DNA of 64,000 nucleotides from Escherichia coli (GTDB lineage Bacteria; Pseudomonadota; Gammaproteobacteria; Enterobacterales; Enterobacteriaceae): NCBI RefSeq assembly GCF_003790525.1, contig NZ_CP033635.1; one strand, 5' to 3'. Shown piece by piece: positions 19,043 to 28,672 of this stretch (position 1 is its first letter; each line of letters starts with the position of its first letter). The notes under the pieces were generated by a model. It saw only the letters and a program-made list of their open reading frames with translations, ran no database searches and was not told where the DNA came from. The position numbers and the translations under genes were made by a program.

Positions 19043-20685
19043 GATGAGAGATCTCCGTTGATTTGGATTGACTTCACATCATTAATCACCGCGGTAAAAC
19101 TTTACGGCATCCGGCATTGAGCAATGCTACAACTCTCTGATTAAGAGTGATTGAAACGGAACAAACCATCCCGGAACGAAAAGATAATTCTACACGCAGG
19201 GTAAAAACACTCAAGAACAGCGAATGGATTTAAAAACGACATGGACAACGAGAAAAGTCAGAAGGGAAAAGGATCCACAGAACATTCGAACAAAACACCA
19301 GAAACGCAACCAGAACGCTTCCTGGTAATGCAAATCAACAACAACCCCAAAACCTACAGCTTAATCACACAACTCAATCACGGATGTGAATGACACGTTT
19401 AAAACCTGTTTACAGATAAACCCCGCCACAAGAACAAAAATCACCAACATCAGAATCGATTTTCTCATCCTGAAAAAGTTACGTTTCACTACGCACCATA
19501 AAAACGATTAACCATCGATAACGTAAACCTTATCTGAATCAAAAACACCAAAACCGTTCATCACACTTTCGCAATGCAAGAAGAAACCTCATGACAAAAA
19601 GAATGACCTTACACGGAAAAGAAAACGTCAGGAATCGTTAATGCCTCAATCTGATTGTTATCAAAACATCCAGAAAGTCGTTTAACAGAATCGTCGTAAG
19701 CACATCGAAAAAAACGTCAGATTACTTCAGGAAAGTTCGGGTTGATTTAGCGTAAAGATACTTTTCTCATGCTAACGTCGAAACTCGAAATCTTAGGAAA
19801 GGTTAAACGTAACATCAGTAAAATCGAATAGCAGATTGATTGCTGAAGCAGAAAGGTTTTACAGCAGCATTAAACTGATTTAGTTAACGTAAAGATTTAC
19901 TAAACTGGATGTGTATAGCAATGCTTAACGAAAACAATTGTAGAAGTGTTTATGAAAATACGTGTATAACACTTACTGAAATGCTTAGTAAAAATACTTA
20001 GTAAAATATGTGTATATAGTATCATACCGACATTCTCAACATCTTCAGACTTCCATACATACTGGGTGTTAATTTTTCACTTTTACAGCCAGCATGGAGT
20101 TTTCTGTCCTAAAAACAGAGCAGATTTACTCTGGAATTATTTTTCTGCCCTCGTATTTCAGGCCCCAGAAAAGACAATCCGAAGCAAACCGTTTGTCAAC
20201 CTCCATATCATCTTTTACCCCCGGAAAGTGATCGCGTTTTACAACCAGAATGACAGCCATACTGATTATGTCGTCTCCCGGCCCCCTTCACATATAACAT
20301 GCATGTCTGTCATTGCTTACTGCTCTACATGACAGGATTTCACATACAGGATGCGCATTCAGTGTTTTTATCGCCACTATAACAGACAGATTACTGTCGC
20401 TTTTACTCTTCAGATTGTTAATCTGACCACAAGAACAGTCGAACAGTACAACGACACCCCCAAGGAGAATATGAGCCGTAGTTGATAGCATGTTTTATTT
20501 TATTATGAATAGGTCAAGAAATAGTTCTTGATATGTCTGGAATAGTTTTGTGAATAGTTCTAGAATATCCCCATAATCAGCTTTGAAGTGCTTGCAGGGT
20601 GATATTTTTATTGATCCCCTTGCATATACAACTGACATGTGATGGTGAAAATCACCAGAAAAGAAAACGATTGAGGCGTAATCAG

Positions 20686-21474
20686 ATGAAACAATATAAA
20701 GGCGGTTATAACGTGAATAGATATGACTGGAAAAATAAAACAACTGAGCATTTATTGAATGATAATAATCTGGCAGATAATCACATACCTGAATGGATCA
20801 GAAAAAATGAAATTGCAGCATTCTGGTTCTGGTTAATTATGTCTCATACAGTTCCCGAAAAACTTAAACTTAATAATGAATCTGAGTTCAACTCTGCCTT
20901 GAAGGGGGTGATCGTTATGAAGGATAACCCCATGACAATTATTCCTTCAAGTCATGAAACACGACTGAATGTTATAGGGAAATGGATTAATGCGTTAATC
21001 CTTTATGGGGAAGCAGATCGGATTATCTCAATAATGCATCAAAACTGGCTGGGACTCGAAAAGAGAAACGAAGCCAAATGGCTTAAAAAGAATACCGAAC
21101 AACTGAAATGGGCATGGGAATATATTGATGCACGTATCTCACCCACATATCTTTCCTGGTTTAATCCTGTAAATGATAACGAAAGATATATTGCCATTGT
21201 AGTTTTACTAAAAATGTTATTCCCCACAGACACACCCTGTTTACTGACGCCAAAAGAATTTCACCTAGGATTCGCTGCAAAAGAAAGATTTTTCGACAAG
21301 ATGCACAATGCATTCAGAAAACAGTTTATCGATGGAAAAAAAGATAAACGGGTACAAATCAACGTAAAGATATCGCCATCCGCAAAAAGCGCTCTGGACA
21401 GACTGACCAGAGAGCGGAAAACAACACAGCAGGCTATTCTGGAACAACTGATTCTGTACGGTAGACTGGATTAA
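20686..21474 (+). CDS. hypothetical protein (low-GC cargo gene A; C-terminal ribbon-helix-helix-like segment)
   Basis: Track ORF starts at GTG 20599; I prefer ATG 20686 (GAGG ~12 nt upstream), giving 262 aa. N/K-rich, AT-rich codon usage unlike flanking island genes; C-terminus KISPSAKSALDRLTRERKTTQQAILEQLILYG looks RHH-like. No family assigned from memory. Confidence 0.5.
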   Translation: MKQYKGGYNVNRYDWKNKTTEHLLNDNNLADNHIPEWIRKNEIAAFWFWLIMSHTVPEKLKLNNESEFNSALKGVIVMKDNPMTIIPSSHETRLNVIGKWINALILYGEADRIISIMHQNWLGLEKRNEAKWLKKNTEQLKWAWEYIDARISPTYLSWFNPVNDNERYIAIVVLLKMLFPTDTPCLLTPKEFHLGFAAKERFFDKMHNAFRKQFIDGKKDKRVQINVKISPSAKSALDRLTRERKTTQQAILEQLILYGRLD

Positions 21475-22424
21475 CTTTCACCACTTTCGCTCCTGGCGAT
21501 TTTCTTCTTTTTGTAGTGTCTGCTTGCTGCGGGCATCAGGTATTTTTCCGTCATTTTGTTGCAGAACGCTTCAATGTAGTTAACCATTTTCTGGTGTGCT
21601 TTCACCTTTTCCTCCCCAGGGGACATTTTCAGATAAATGTCCTCCTTTTCCACAAGTGCATTTATAAACTCCTCTAAACATCCCTGGTTATAAAGCGACG
21701 TGAAAAACAACACATTCCCCAGTCTCTCCAGTAATTGCGATTTAACCCTGTATTGTTGTTTTCTGAGAATTGATTGTTTTCTAAAGCTCAGTCTTGTTAA
21801 AAGTTGTTCAAATCTTGGTTCAAATTTAAAAACAGATTTTAATCTTAGGGATTGATACTCCTGATAAAACAGTTCAAACGTCGGGGATGCTGACCGAAGA
21901 ACAGGTCGGGCCACAGCCCGTGGACTAAATCCCATGACTGAGATTTCCTTTCCCTCCTCCTGCAAGTTCAGAGGCAGTTCAGCAATCCATGCGTCCAGCT
22001 TAGCTGAATCGCTCTCCTTTCTCAAAACCTCATACAAACTGCCCGTGAACGGTTGAGCCGATTTTGGGGTTGCTTCACCTTTTGACTGTCTGAATCCATC
22101 CACTTTTCTCCGGATACTACGCGGAATCAGCATAAAAGGCGGGGCATTAAGAGATAAATGTTTACCAGTCATACGATGGCATTGTCCCACCTCGATCCAA
22201 CAGGAAAATTTACTAACCGACCTTATCTTAAGCGCAATTATGTTAAGCAGGTACAGATAACGCACCGTATAACGATTAAAATGTTTCTCAGGATCAAACG
22301 ATTCTGACCGTTCCCCTCTGTACACAAGTCCACTACGCTTCAGTATTCGCTGGGTATCTTTCCAGGCCTGACTTTTACAAATGCTCATTCGGCGTAGCGT
22401 ATTAATCGACAGTGATGCCATCAC
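21471..22424 (-). CDS. hypothetical protein (low-GC cargo gene B; lysine-rich C-terminal tail)
   Basis: 317-aa ORF convergent with gene A, stop codons overlapping by 4 nt; transcribed divergently from the GTPase gene; ends ...RHYKKKKIARSESGES. No family assigned. Confidence 0.5.
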   Translation of the reverse strand: MMASLSINTLRRMSICKSQAWKDTQRILKRSGLVYRGERSESFDPEKHFNRYTVRYLYLLNIIALKIRSVSKFSCWIEVGQCHRMTGKHLSLNAPPFMLIPRSIRRKVDGFRQSKGEATPKSAQPFTGSLYEVLRKESDSAKLDAWIAELPLNLQEEGKEISVMGFSPRAVARPVLRSASPTFELFYQEYQSLRLKSVFKFEPRFEQLLTRLSFRKQSILRKQQYRVKSQLLERLGNVLFFTSLYNQGCLEEFINALVEKEDIYLKMSPGEEKVKAHQKMVNYIEAFCNKMTEKYLMPAASRHYKKKKIARSESGES

Positions 22425-22526
22425 TCCTCCCGAACTTTGTCACTCCAGATTTTTTCACGCCCATATTACCTGAATGATAAACCGGATTAGTGTGATCCGG
22501 TTCAGTGAAATCAACAGGATACCGGT

Positions 22527-23411
22527 ATGTCATTCAGCCATTCTTCCCTCTCCGCACAAGTGAAATCATATCTGACGTTTCTTCCTGAAGAAATTCGCCA
22601 GAAAATCCTTGAACATCTCCACAGTGTTATTCATTACGAGCCCGTGATTGGCATTATGGGTAAATCCGGTGCCGGAAAAAGCAGCCTGTGCAATGCCATT
22701 TTTCAGTCCCGTGTCTGCGCCACGCATCCGCTGAACGGCTGCACCCGTCAGGCTCATCGTCTTACCTTTCAGCCCGGTGAACGAAGAATGACGCTGGTCG
22801 ATCTGCCCGGCACTGGCGAAACACCACAGCATGATCAGGAATACCGGGCACTTTACAGTCAGTTACTGCCCGAACTGGATCTGATTATCTGGATCCTGCG
22901 GGCTGATGAACGTGCGTATGCTGCCGACATCGCCATGCATCAGTTTTTACTGAATGAAGGTGCAGATCCCTCGCGTTTTCTGTTTGTTCTCAGCCATGCC
23001 GATCGCGTATTTCCTGCTGAAGAATGGAACGACACAGAAAAATGCCCGTCCCGTCACCAGGAACTCTCGCTGGCGACGGTGACAGCCCGGGTGGCAACCC
23101 TGTTCCCTTCATCATTTCCGGTACTCCCCGTTGCCGCGCCTGTCGGCTGGAATATTCCGGCACTGGTGTCACTGATGATCCACGCCCTGCCGCCACAGGC
23201 AACCAGCGCGGTTTATTCACATATCCGGGGGGAAAACCGCTCTGAACGGGTCCAGAAACACGCACAACAGACTTTTGGTGAAACCATCGGGAAAAGTTTT
23301 GACGACGCCGTTGCCCGTTTCAGTTTTCCGGCCTGGATGTTACAGCTTCTGCGCAAAACCCGGGACCGCATTATCCACCTGCTGGTCACACTGTGGGATC
23401 ACCTGTTCTGA
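22527..23411 (+). CDS. YeeP/YfjP/YkfA-family GTPase of CP4-type prophage islands
   Basis: 294-aa ORF with P-loop GIMGKSGAGKSSLCNAIF and DLPGTGE motif. Confidence 0.75.
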   Translation: MSFSHSSLSAQVKSYLTFLPEEIRQKILEHLHSVIHYEPVIGIMGKSGAGKSSLCNAIFQSRVCATHPLNGCTRQAHRLTFQPGERRMTLVDLPGTGETPQHDQEYRALYSQLLPELDLIIWILRADERAYAADIAMHQFLLNEGADPSRFLFVLSHADRVFPAEEWNDTEKCPSRHQELSLATVTARVATLFPSSFPVLPVAAPVGWNIPALVSLMIHALPPQATSAVYSHIRGENRSERVQKHAQQTFGETIGKSFDDAVARFSFPAWMLQLLRKTRDRIIHLLVTLWDHLF

Positions 23412-23529
23412 ACGCTCCGGAGTCCCCCGTGGCAACCGTATACCTTTACACGACAACGGATTACGGTAACCACTGCCGTATACCGTCTGTCATTATCAAT
23501 AACACGCTCTTTAATTTCAGAGGTCAGTC

Positions 23530-24207
23530 ATGAATACCAGAATTCTTTTTCCCCTGCTGTTCACTGTGGCATCATTCTCCGCCTCCGCCGGCAACTGGGC
23601 TGTCAAAAACGGCTGGTGTCAGACCATGACGGAAGATGGTCAGGCGCTGGTAATGCTGAAAAATGGCACGATTGGTATTACCGGCCTGATGCAGGGATGC
23701 CCGAATGGCGTACAGACGCTCCTGGGCAACCGTATCAGCATTAACGGTAACCTGATCCCCACATCACAAATGTGTAATCAGCAGACAGGATTCAGGGCTG
23801 TTGAGGTGGAAGTCGGACAGGCGCCGGAAATGGTCAAAAAAGCCGTTCACTCCATAGCAGAGCGTGATGTGTCCGTTTTACAGGCATTTGGTGTACGAAT
23901 GGAATTCACCCGCGGTGATATGCTGAAGGTCTGTCCGAAATTTGTCACATCACTTGCCGGTTTTTCCCCGAAACAGACGACCACTATTAATAAAGATTCC
24001 GTCCTGCAGGCTGCCCGGCAGGCATACGCCCGGGAATATGACGAGGAAATAACAGAAACCGCTGATTTTGGCTCTTACGAAGTAAAAGGCAATAAGGTTG
24101 AGTTTGAAGTGTTCAATCCTGAAGACCGTGCGTACGACAAAGTGACCGTCACGGTTGGTGCTGACGGTAATGCCACCGGCGCCAGCGTTGAATTTATCGG
24201 AAAATAG
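23530..24207 (+). CDS. predicted secreted (periplasmic) protein of unknown function
   Basis: 225-aa ORF with a clear Sec signal peptide ([20 protein letters not shown]) and no lipobox cysteine; occupies the slot where CP4-44 carries the Ag43 (flu) gene. Confidence 0.5.
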   Translation: MNTRILFPLLFTVASFSASAGNWAVKNGWCQTMTEDGQALVMLKNGTIGITGLMQGCPNGVQTLLGNRISINGNLIPTSQMCNQQTGFRAVEVEVGQAPEMVKKAVHSIAERDVSVLQAFGVRMEFTRGDMLKVCPKFVTSLAGFSPKQTTTINKDSVLQAARQAYAREYDEEITETADFGSYEVKGNKVEFEVFNPEDRAYDKVTVTVGADGNATGASVEFIGK

Positions 24208-24212
24208 CCGGT

Positions 24213-24365
24213 ATGTCGGACTGTCACCCTGTTTTATTGCCCGAAGGCCCTTTCTCACGCGAACAGGCGATGGCTGTCACAACAGCTTACCGCAATGTGC
24301 TTATTGAAGATGATCAGGGAACGCATTTCCGGTTGCGTCACCACAATGCTGAAGGGCTTCGGTAA
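24213..24365 (+). CDS. small ORF (50 aa) of unknown function, possibly a gene remnant
   Basis: ATG 24213 to TAA 24363-24365 ([50 protein letters not shown]), directly followed by a terminator hairpin; weak RBS; below the 60-aa track cutoff. Confidence 0.3.
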   Translation: MSDCHPVLLPEGPFSREQAMAVTTAYRNVLIEDDQGTHFRLRHHNAEGLR

Positions 24366-24390
24366 ACCCTCATTCATTTCATCCATCAGG

Positions 24391-24422
24391 CCGCGTCTTC
24401 TCCGTGAGACGCGGCTTTTTCA
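24391..24422 (+). terminator. rho-independent terminator
   Basis: GC-rich hairpin ccgcgtct / agacgcgg followed by cttttt. Confidence 0.6.
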
Positions 24423-24465
24423 TTGATTACGTCATTCAGTCTTAACCACTGATAAGGAGCAAAGT

Positions 24466-25284
24466 ATGCGATTAGCCAGTCGTTTTGGTTATGCGAACCA
24501 GATACGCCGTGACCGTCCGCTGACCCGTGAAGAGCTGATGCACCATGTGCCCGGGATTTTCGGGGAAGATAAACACACCTCCCGGAGCCGGAACTATACA
24601 TACATCCCCACCATCACCGTGCTGGAAAGCCTGCAGCGGGAAGGCTTTCAGCCCTTCTTCGCCTGCCAGACCCGCGTACGTGACCCGGGCCGCCGGGGGT
24701 ATACCAAACACATGCTGCGTCTGCGCCGTGACGGGGAGATAAACGGACAACATGTCCCTGAAATTATTCTGCTCAACTCTCATGACGGTACCTCCAGCTA
24801 CCAGATGCTGCCGGGTTACTTCAGGTTCGTCTGCCAGAACGGATGCGTCTGCGGTCAGTCTCTGGGGGAAGTGCGTGTTCCGCACCGGGGAAATGTGGTG
24901 GACAGAGTCATTGAAGGGGCTTACGAGGTGGTGGGCGTGTTTGACCGGATAGAGGAGAAGCGTGATGCCATGCAGTCGCTGGTCCTGCCGCCACCGGCAC
25001 GCCAGGCGCTGGCACAGGCGGCACTGACTTACCGTTATGGTGACGAACATCAGCCCGTCACCACCGCCGACATTCTGACACCACGACGCCGGGAGGATTA
25101 CGGTAAGGACCTGTGGAGTGCTTATCAGACCATCCAGGAGAATATGCTGAAAGGCGGGATTTCCGGTCGCAGTGCAAAAGGAAAACGTATCCATACCCGG
25201 GCCATTCACAGCATTGATACCGATATAAAACTCAACCGCGCATTGTGGGTGATGGCAGAAACGCTGCTGGAGAGCATGCGCTGA
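24466..25284 (+). CDS. DUF932-family protein (YfjQ/YafZ-like)
   Basis: 272-aa ORF; size and position after the GTPase match YfjQ/YafZ of CP4-57/CP4-6. Confidence 0.65.
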   Translation: MRLASRFGYANQIRRDRPLTREELMHHVPGIFGEDKHTSRSRNYTYIPTITVLESLQREGFQPFFACQTRVRDPGRRGYTKHMLRLRRDGEINGQHVPEIILLNSHDGTSSYQMLPGYFRFVCQNGCVCGQSLGEVRVPHRGNVVDRVIEGAYEVVGVFDRIEEKRDAMQSLVLPPPARQALAQAALTYRYGDEHQPVTTADILTPRRREDYGKDLWSAYQTIQENMLKGGISGRSAKGKRIHTRAIHSIDTDIKLNRALWVMAETLLESMR

Positions 25285-25365
25285 TGCCGTTTCCCTGAGT
25301 GAGGGAATCATTCAGCTTTCGTTCCTGAAAAACACACATTTATTTGTTATTTAAGGCGTTATCTC

Positions 25366-25845
25366 ATGAAAACCGTTTCTCAGAATACCCCCACAATTTA
25401 TTCAGCTACAACACCAGAGAATAATCCGCCTCAGTTGGTTGCCAGCCTCGTCCCTGATGAACAGCGCATCAGCTTCTGGCCGCAGCATTTTGGCCTCATT
25501 CCACAGTGGGTGACCCTGGAGCCCCGTGTCTTCGGCTGGATGGACCGTCTGTGCGAAGACTACTGCGGTGGTATCTGGAATCTGTACACCCTGAACAACG
25601 GCGGGGCATTTATGGCCCCCGAACCGGATGATGATGATGACGAAACATGGGTACTGTTCAATGCCATGAACGGTAACCGCGCTGAAATGAGCCCGGAAGC
25701 CGCCGGCATTGCTGCCTGTCTGATGACGTACAGTCATCACGCCTGCCGTACGGAGTGTTATGCCATGACGGTTCATTATTACCGTCTGCGGGATTACGCC
25801 CTGCAGCATCCGGAATGCAGCGCCATTATGCGCATCATTGACTGA
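25366..25845 (+). CDS. antirestriction protein (ArdB/KlcA family, YfjX-like)
   Basis: 159-aa ORF with an acidic DDDDDE stretch; recognised as the YfjX/KlcA-type protein of CP4 islands. Confidence 0.7.
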   Translation: MKTVSQNTPTIYSATTPENNPPQLVASLVPDEQRISFWPQHFGLIPQWVTLEPRVFGWMDRLCEDYCGGIWNLYTLNNGGAFMAPEPDDDDDETWVLFNAMNGNRAEMSPEAAGIAACLMTYSHHACRTECYAMTVHYYRLRDYALQHPECSAIMRIID

Positions 25846-25860
25846 AAGGGGGCCGGAACA

Positions 25861-26337
25861 ATGCAACAGATTTCCTTTCTGCCCGGAGAAATGACAACCA
25901 GAGAGCGCAGCCTCATTCAGCGGGCCCTGAAAGCCCTGGACCGCCATCTTCATGAACCCGGCGTGGCCTTCACCTCCACGCATGCGGCACGGGAATGGCT
26001 GATTCTGAACATGGCGGGACTGGAGCGTGAAGAATTCCGGGTGCTGTATCTGAACAACCAGAATCAGCTGATTGCCGGTGAAACCCTCTTCACCGGCACC
26101 ATCAACCGCACGGAAGTCCATCCCCGGGAAGTGATTAAACGCGCCCTGTACCACAATGCCGCTGCCGTGGTGCTGGCGCACAATCACCCGTCCGGTGAAG
26201 TCACACCCAGCAAGGCAGACCGCCTTATCACGGAACGTCTGGTACAGGCACTGGGCCTGGTGGATATCCGGGTGCCGGACCATCTGATAGTCGGTGGCAG
26301 CCAGGTTTTCTCCTTTGCCGAACATGGTCTGCTTTAA
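25861..26337 (+). CDS. RadC-like JAB-domain protein (YeeS/YfjY/YkfG family)
   Basis: 158-aa ORF with the JAB/MPN metal motif region HNHPSGEVTPSKADRLITERL. Confidence 0.8.
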   Translation: MQQISFLPGEMTTRERSLIQRALKALDRHLHEPGVAFTSTHAAREWLILNMAGLEREEFRVLYLNNQNQLIAGETLFTGTINRTEVHPREVIKRALYHNAAAVVLAHNHPSGEVTPSKADRLITERLVQALGLVDIRVPDHLIVGGSQVFSFAEHGLL

Positions 26338-26399
26338 CCCGTCACAACCACATCACACCTGTTTTCACTTTTATCTTCTGTCTTCAGAGGTATCCCATT

Positions 26400-26621
26400 A
26401 TGAAAATTATCACCCGTGGTGAAGCCATGCGTATTCACCAACAGCATCCTGCATCCCGTCTATTTCCGTTCTGCACCGGTAAGTACCGCTGGCACGGCAG
26501 TGCTGAGACGTATACCGGTCGTGAAGTACAGGATATTCCCGGTGTGCTGGCCGTGTTTGCTGAACGCCGTAAGGACAGTTTTGGCCCGTATGTCCGGCTG
26601 ATGAGCGTCACCCTGAACTGA
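26400..26621 (+). CDS. DUF987-family small protein (YeeT/YkfH/YpjJ-like)
   Basis: 73-aa ORF in the conserved position between the RadC-like gene and the antitoxin gene. Confidence 0.6.
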   Translation: MKIITRGEAMRIHQQHPASRLFPFCTGKYRWHGSAETYTGREVQDIPGVLAVFAERRKDSFGPYVRLMSVTLN

Positions 26622-26639
26622 ATCAGAAAGGGGATTCTG

Positions 26640-27284
26640 ATGAGCAGCATTATCACCATCACAGTGTATACGCTGGATGAACTTTCCTGCCCGGTACGGG
26701 GAAAAGCCCGCGACGGGTACCGTCAGCATCATGCTGACAGCAACTGGTATGAAAACGTGTATGAGGACTTCAGGGCGGTCTGTGACATTTTCGGAATTGA
26801 CCTCCGCCAGCGCGTTTTCCGGCTCAGCAACGGCAGGTTTATGGAAGAGCCGTGCATCTGGTTCAGCGGATGCTGCAGCCAGGGGGACGGAGCCTGTTTT
26901 GAAGGACGCTGGCACTGGCAGCCGGCGACAGCCCGGATAATCCGGAAGTATGCCCCACAGGAGCATGAACTCCATCGTATCGCGGATGCCCTGCAGGCGG
27001 TGCAGAAGCGTAACTTCTGGCAACTGCAGGCTGAAATCCACCGCCGGGGACGCTACTGCCATCCGTACAGCATGGATATCACTGTTACCCGGAACAGTCC
27101 GACTGGTCAGACTATGACAACAGATGCGGAAGCCGCTGTCAGCGAAGCCCTGCGCGACCTGGCCTTATGGCTGTACCGTCAACTGGAAAACGAGCACAAC
27201 AGGCTGACCTCAGATGCCCCTGTGGATGAGGCCCTTCTCATCAACGAATACACCTTCACCGAAGCCGGTCTGCGCACCGGCTGA
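26640..27284 (+). CDS. hypothetical protein (extra gene between yeeT-like and cbeA; family not assigned)
   Basis: 214-aa ORF, same strand, starts 18 bp after the preceding stop and ends 50 bp before the cbeA start; fills a gap that is essentially empty in the K-12 CP4 prophages as I recall them; has a Cys-rich patch (CIWFSGCCSQGDGACFEGRWHW). Confidence 0.45.
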   Translation: MSSIITITVYTLDELSCPVRGKARDGYRQHHADSNWYENVYEDFRAVCDIFGIDLRQRVFRLSNGRFMEEPCIWFSGCCSQGDGACFEGRWHWQPATARIIRKYAPQEHELHRIADALQAVQKRNFWQLQAEIHRRGRYCHPYSMDITVTRNSPTGQTMTTDAEAAVSEALRDLALWLYRQLENEHNRLTSDAPVDEALLINEYTFTEAGLRTG

Positions 27285-27333
27285 CCTGTCAAAGTTAAAC
27301 TATCATTCAACGATTTTCTGTGAGGATTTTATC

Positions 27334-27702
27334 GTGTCAGACACACTCCCCGGGACAACGCATCACGACGACAATCACGACCGCCTCTGGTGGGGACTGC
27401 CCTGCACCGTGACGCCCTGTTTCGGGGCACGTCTGGTGCAGGAGGGTAACCGGTTGCATTACCTTGCCGACCGTGCCGGTATCAGAGGCCGGTTCAGAGA
27501 TGCGGATGCGTACCATCCGGACCAGGCCTTTCCGCTGCCGATGAAACAACTGGAGCTCATGCTCACCAGCGGTGAACTGAATCCCCGCCATCAGCATACC
27601 GTGACACTGTATGCGAAGGGGCTGACCTGTGAAGCCGACACCCTCGGCTCCTGTGGTTACGTTTATCTGGCTGTTTATCCGACGCCCGAAACGAAAAAGT
27701 AA
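27334..27702 (+). CDS. cbeA: type IV toxin-antitoxin system antitoxin, CbeA/YeeU/YfjZ/YafW family
   Basis: Start placed at GTG 27334 ([52 protein letters not shown]..., 122 aa) rather than the upstream ATG of the track ORF. Confidence 0.75.
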   Translation: MSDTLPGTTHHDDNHDRLWWGLPCTVTPCFGARLVQEGNRLHYLADRAGIRGRFRDADAYHPDQAFPLPMKQLELMLTSGELNPRHQHTVTLYAKGLTCEADTLGSCGYVYLAVYPTPETKK

Positions 27703-27791
27703 ATCATCAGAATAATCTTCTGCTCCGGCCTGGTGTTTTCACCACGCCACTGTCCCATTTTTTATCTCTGCATATCAGGAAAATCTTCATT

Positions 27792-28166
27792 ATGAAAACA
27801 TTACCCGACACGCATGTACGGGAGGCATCGTGTTGCCCGTCTCCCGTCACCATCTGGCAGACACTGCTCACCCGGTTACTGGACCAGCATTACAGCCTTA
27901 CGCTGAATGACACACCGTTCGCGGATGAACGCGTGATTGAGCTGCATATTGAGGCAGGCATTTCACTGTGTGATGCGGTGAACTTTCTCGTGGAAAAATA
28001 CGCGCTGGTGCGTACCGACCAGCCGGGATTCAGCGCCTGTACCCGCTCTCAGTTAATAAACAGCATCGATATCCTCCGGGCTCGCAGGGCGACCGGCCTG
28101 ATGACCCGCGACAATTACAGAACGGTAAATAACATTACCCTGGGTAAGTATCCGGAGGCGAAATGA
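27792..28166 (+). CDS. cbtA: type IV toxin-antitoxin system toxin, CbtA/YeeV/YpjF/YkfI family
   Basis: 124-aa ORF closely resembling CbtA (…[90 protein letters not shown]). Confidence 0.8.
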   Translation: MKTLPDTHVREASCCPSPVTIWQTLLTRLLDQHYSLTLNDTPFADERVIELHIEAGISLCDAVNFLVEKYALVRTDQPGFSACTRSQLINSIDILRARRATGLMTRDNYRTVNNITLGKYPEAK

Positions 28167-28588
28167 TGAAACTGGCCCTGACATTGGAAGCAGACAGCGT
28201 TAACGTACAGGCACTGAATATAGGGCGAATTGTCGTTGACATTGATGGTGTTGAGCTCACTGAACTGATTAACAAGGTCGCTGAATACGGTTATTCACTC
28301 CGCGTGGTGGATGAACGTGACGCTACCGAAACACCGGCGACTTCTGCCAGCTCTCATCAGTTGCCGGAAGACAATACAGTGATACAGAGCGTGATGCCAT
28401 TAACCACTGAAACAGCGCTGGATATCCTCATTGCGTGGCTGCAGGACAATATCGACTGCGGGTCCGGAATTATTTTCGACAACGATGAGGATAAAACGGA
28501 TTCGGCAGCATTGTTGCCCTGTATCGAACAGGCCAGGGAGGATATCCGTACCCTGCACCAACTGCAACTTCTGCACCAGAACCGGTGA
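28163..28588 (+). CDS. YeeW-like protein
   Basis: 141-aa ORF overlapping the cbtA stop by 4 nt, in the usual position 3' of cbtA. Confidence 0.55.
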   Translation: MMKLALTLEADSVNVQALNIGRIVVDIDGVELTELINKVAEYGYSLRVVDERDATETPATSASSHQLPEDNTVIQSVMPLTTETALDILIAWLQDNIDCGSGIIFDNDEDKTDSAALLPCIEQAREDIRTLHQLQLLHQNR

Positions 28589-28617
28589 ATCTCACTCACC
28601 AGACTTCATTCTCCTGA

Positions 28618-28649
28618 CGCCAGCCTGAACAGAGCTGGCGTTTTCATTT
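28618..28649 (+). terminator. rho-independent terminator after the cbeA-cbtA-yeeW unit
   Basis: Hairpin cgccagc ctgaacaga gctggcg followed by ttttcattt. Confidence 0.6.
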
Positions 28650-28672
28650 ATCTGCAAAAAGGAAAAACGATT

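Noticed and set aside
24472-26325. Long minus-strand ORFs (279 aa and 307 aa) across the DUF932 / antirestriction / RadC-like genes
   Set aside because: They are antisense to a co-directional, tightly spaced + strand gene series with recognisable families; treated as shadow ORFs.
26460-27062. 200-aa minus-strand ORF overlapping the 214-aa hypothetical gene
   Set aside because: The + strand frame fits the operon spacing (18 bp after yeeT-like, 50 bp before cbeA) and strand; the antisense frame is the less parsimonious reading, though neither has homology support.
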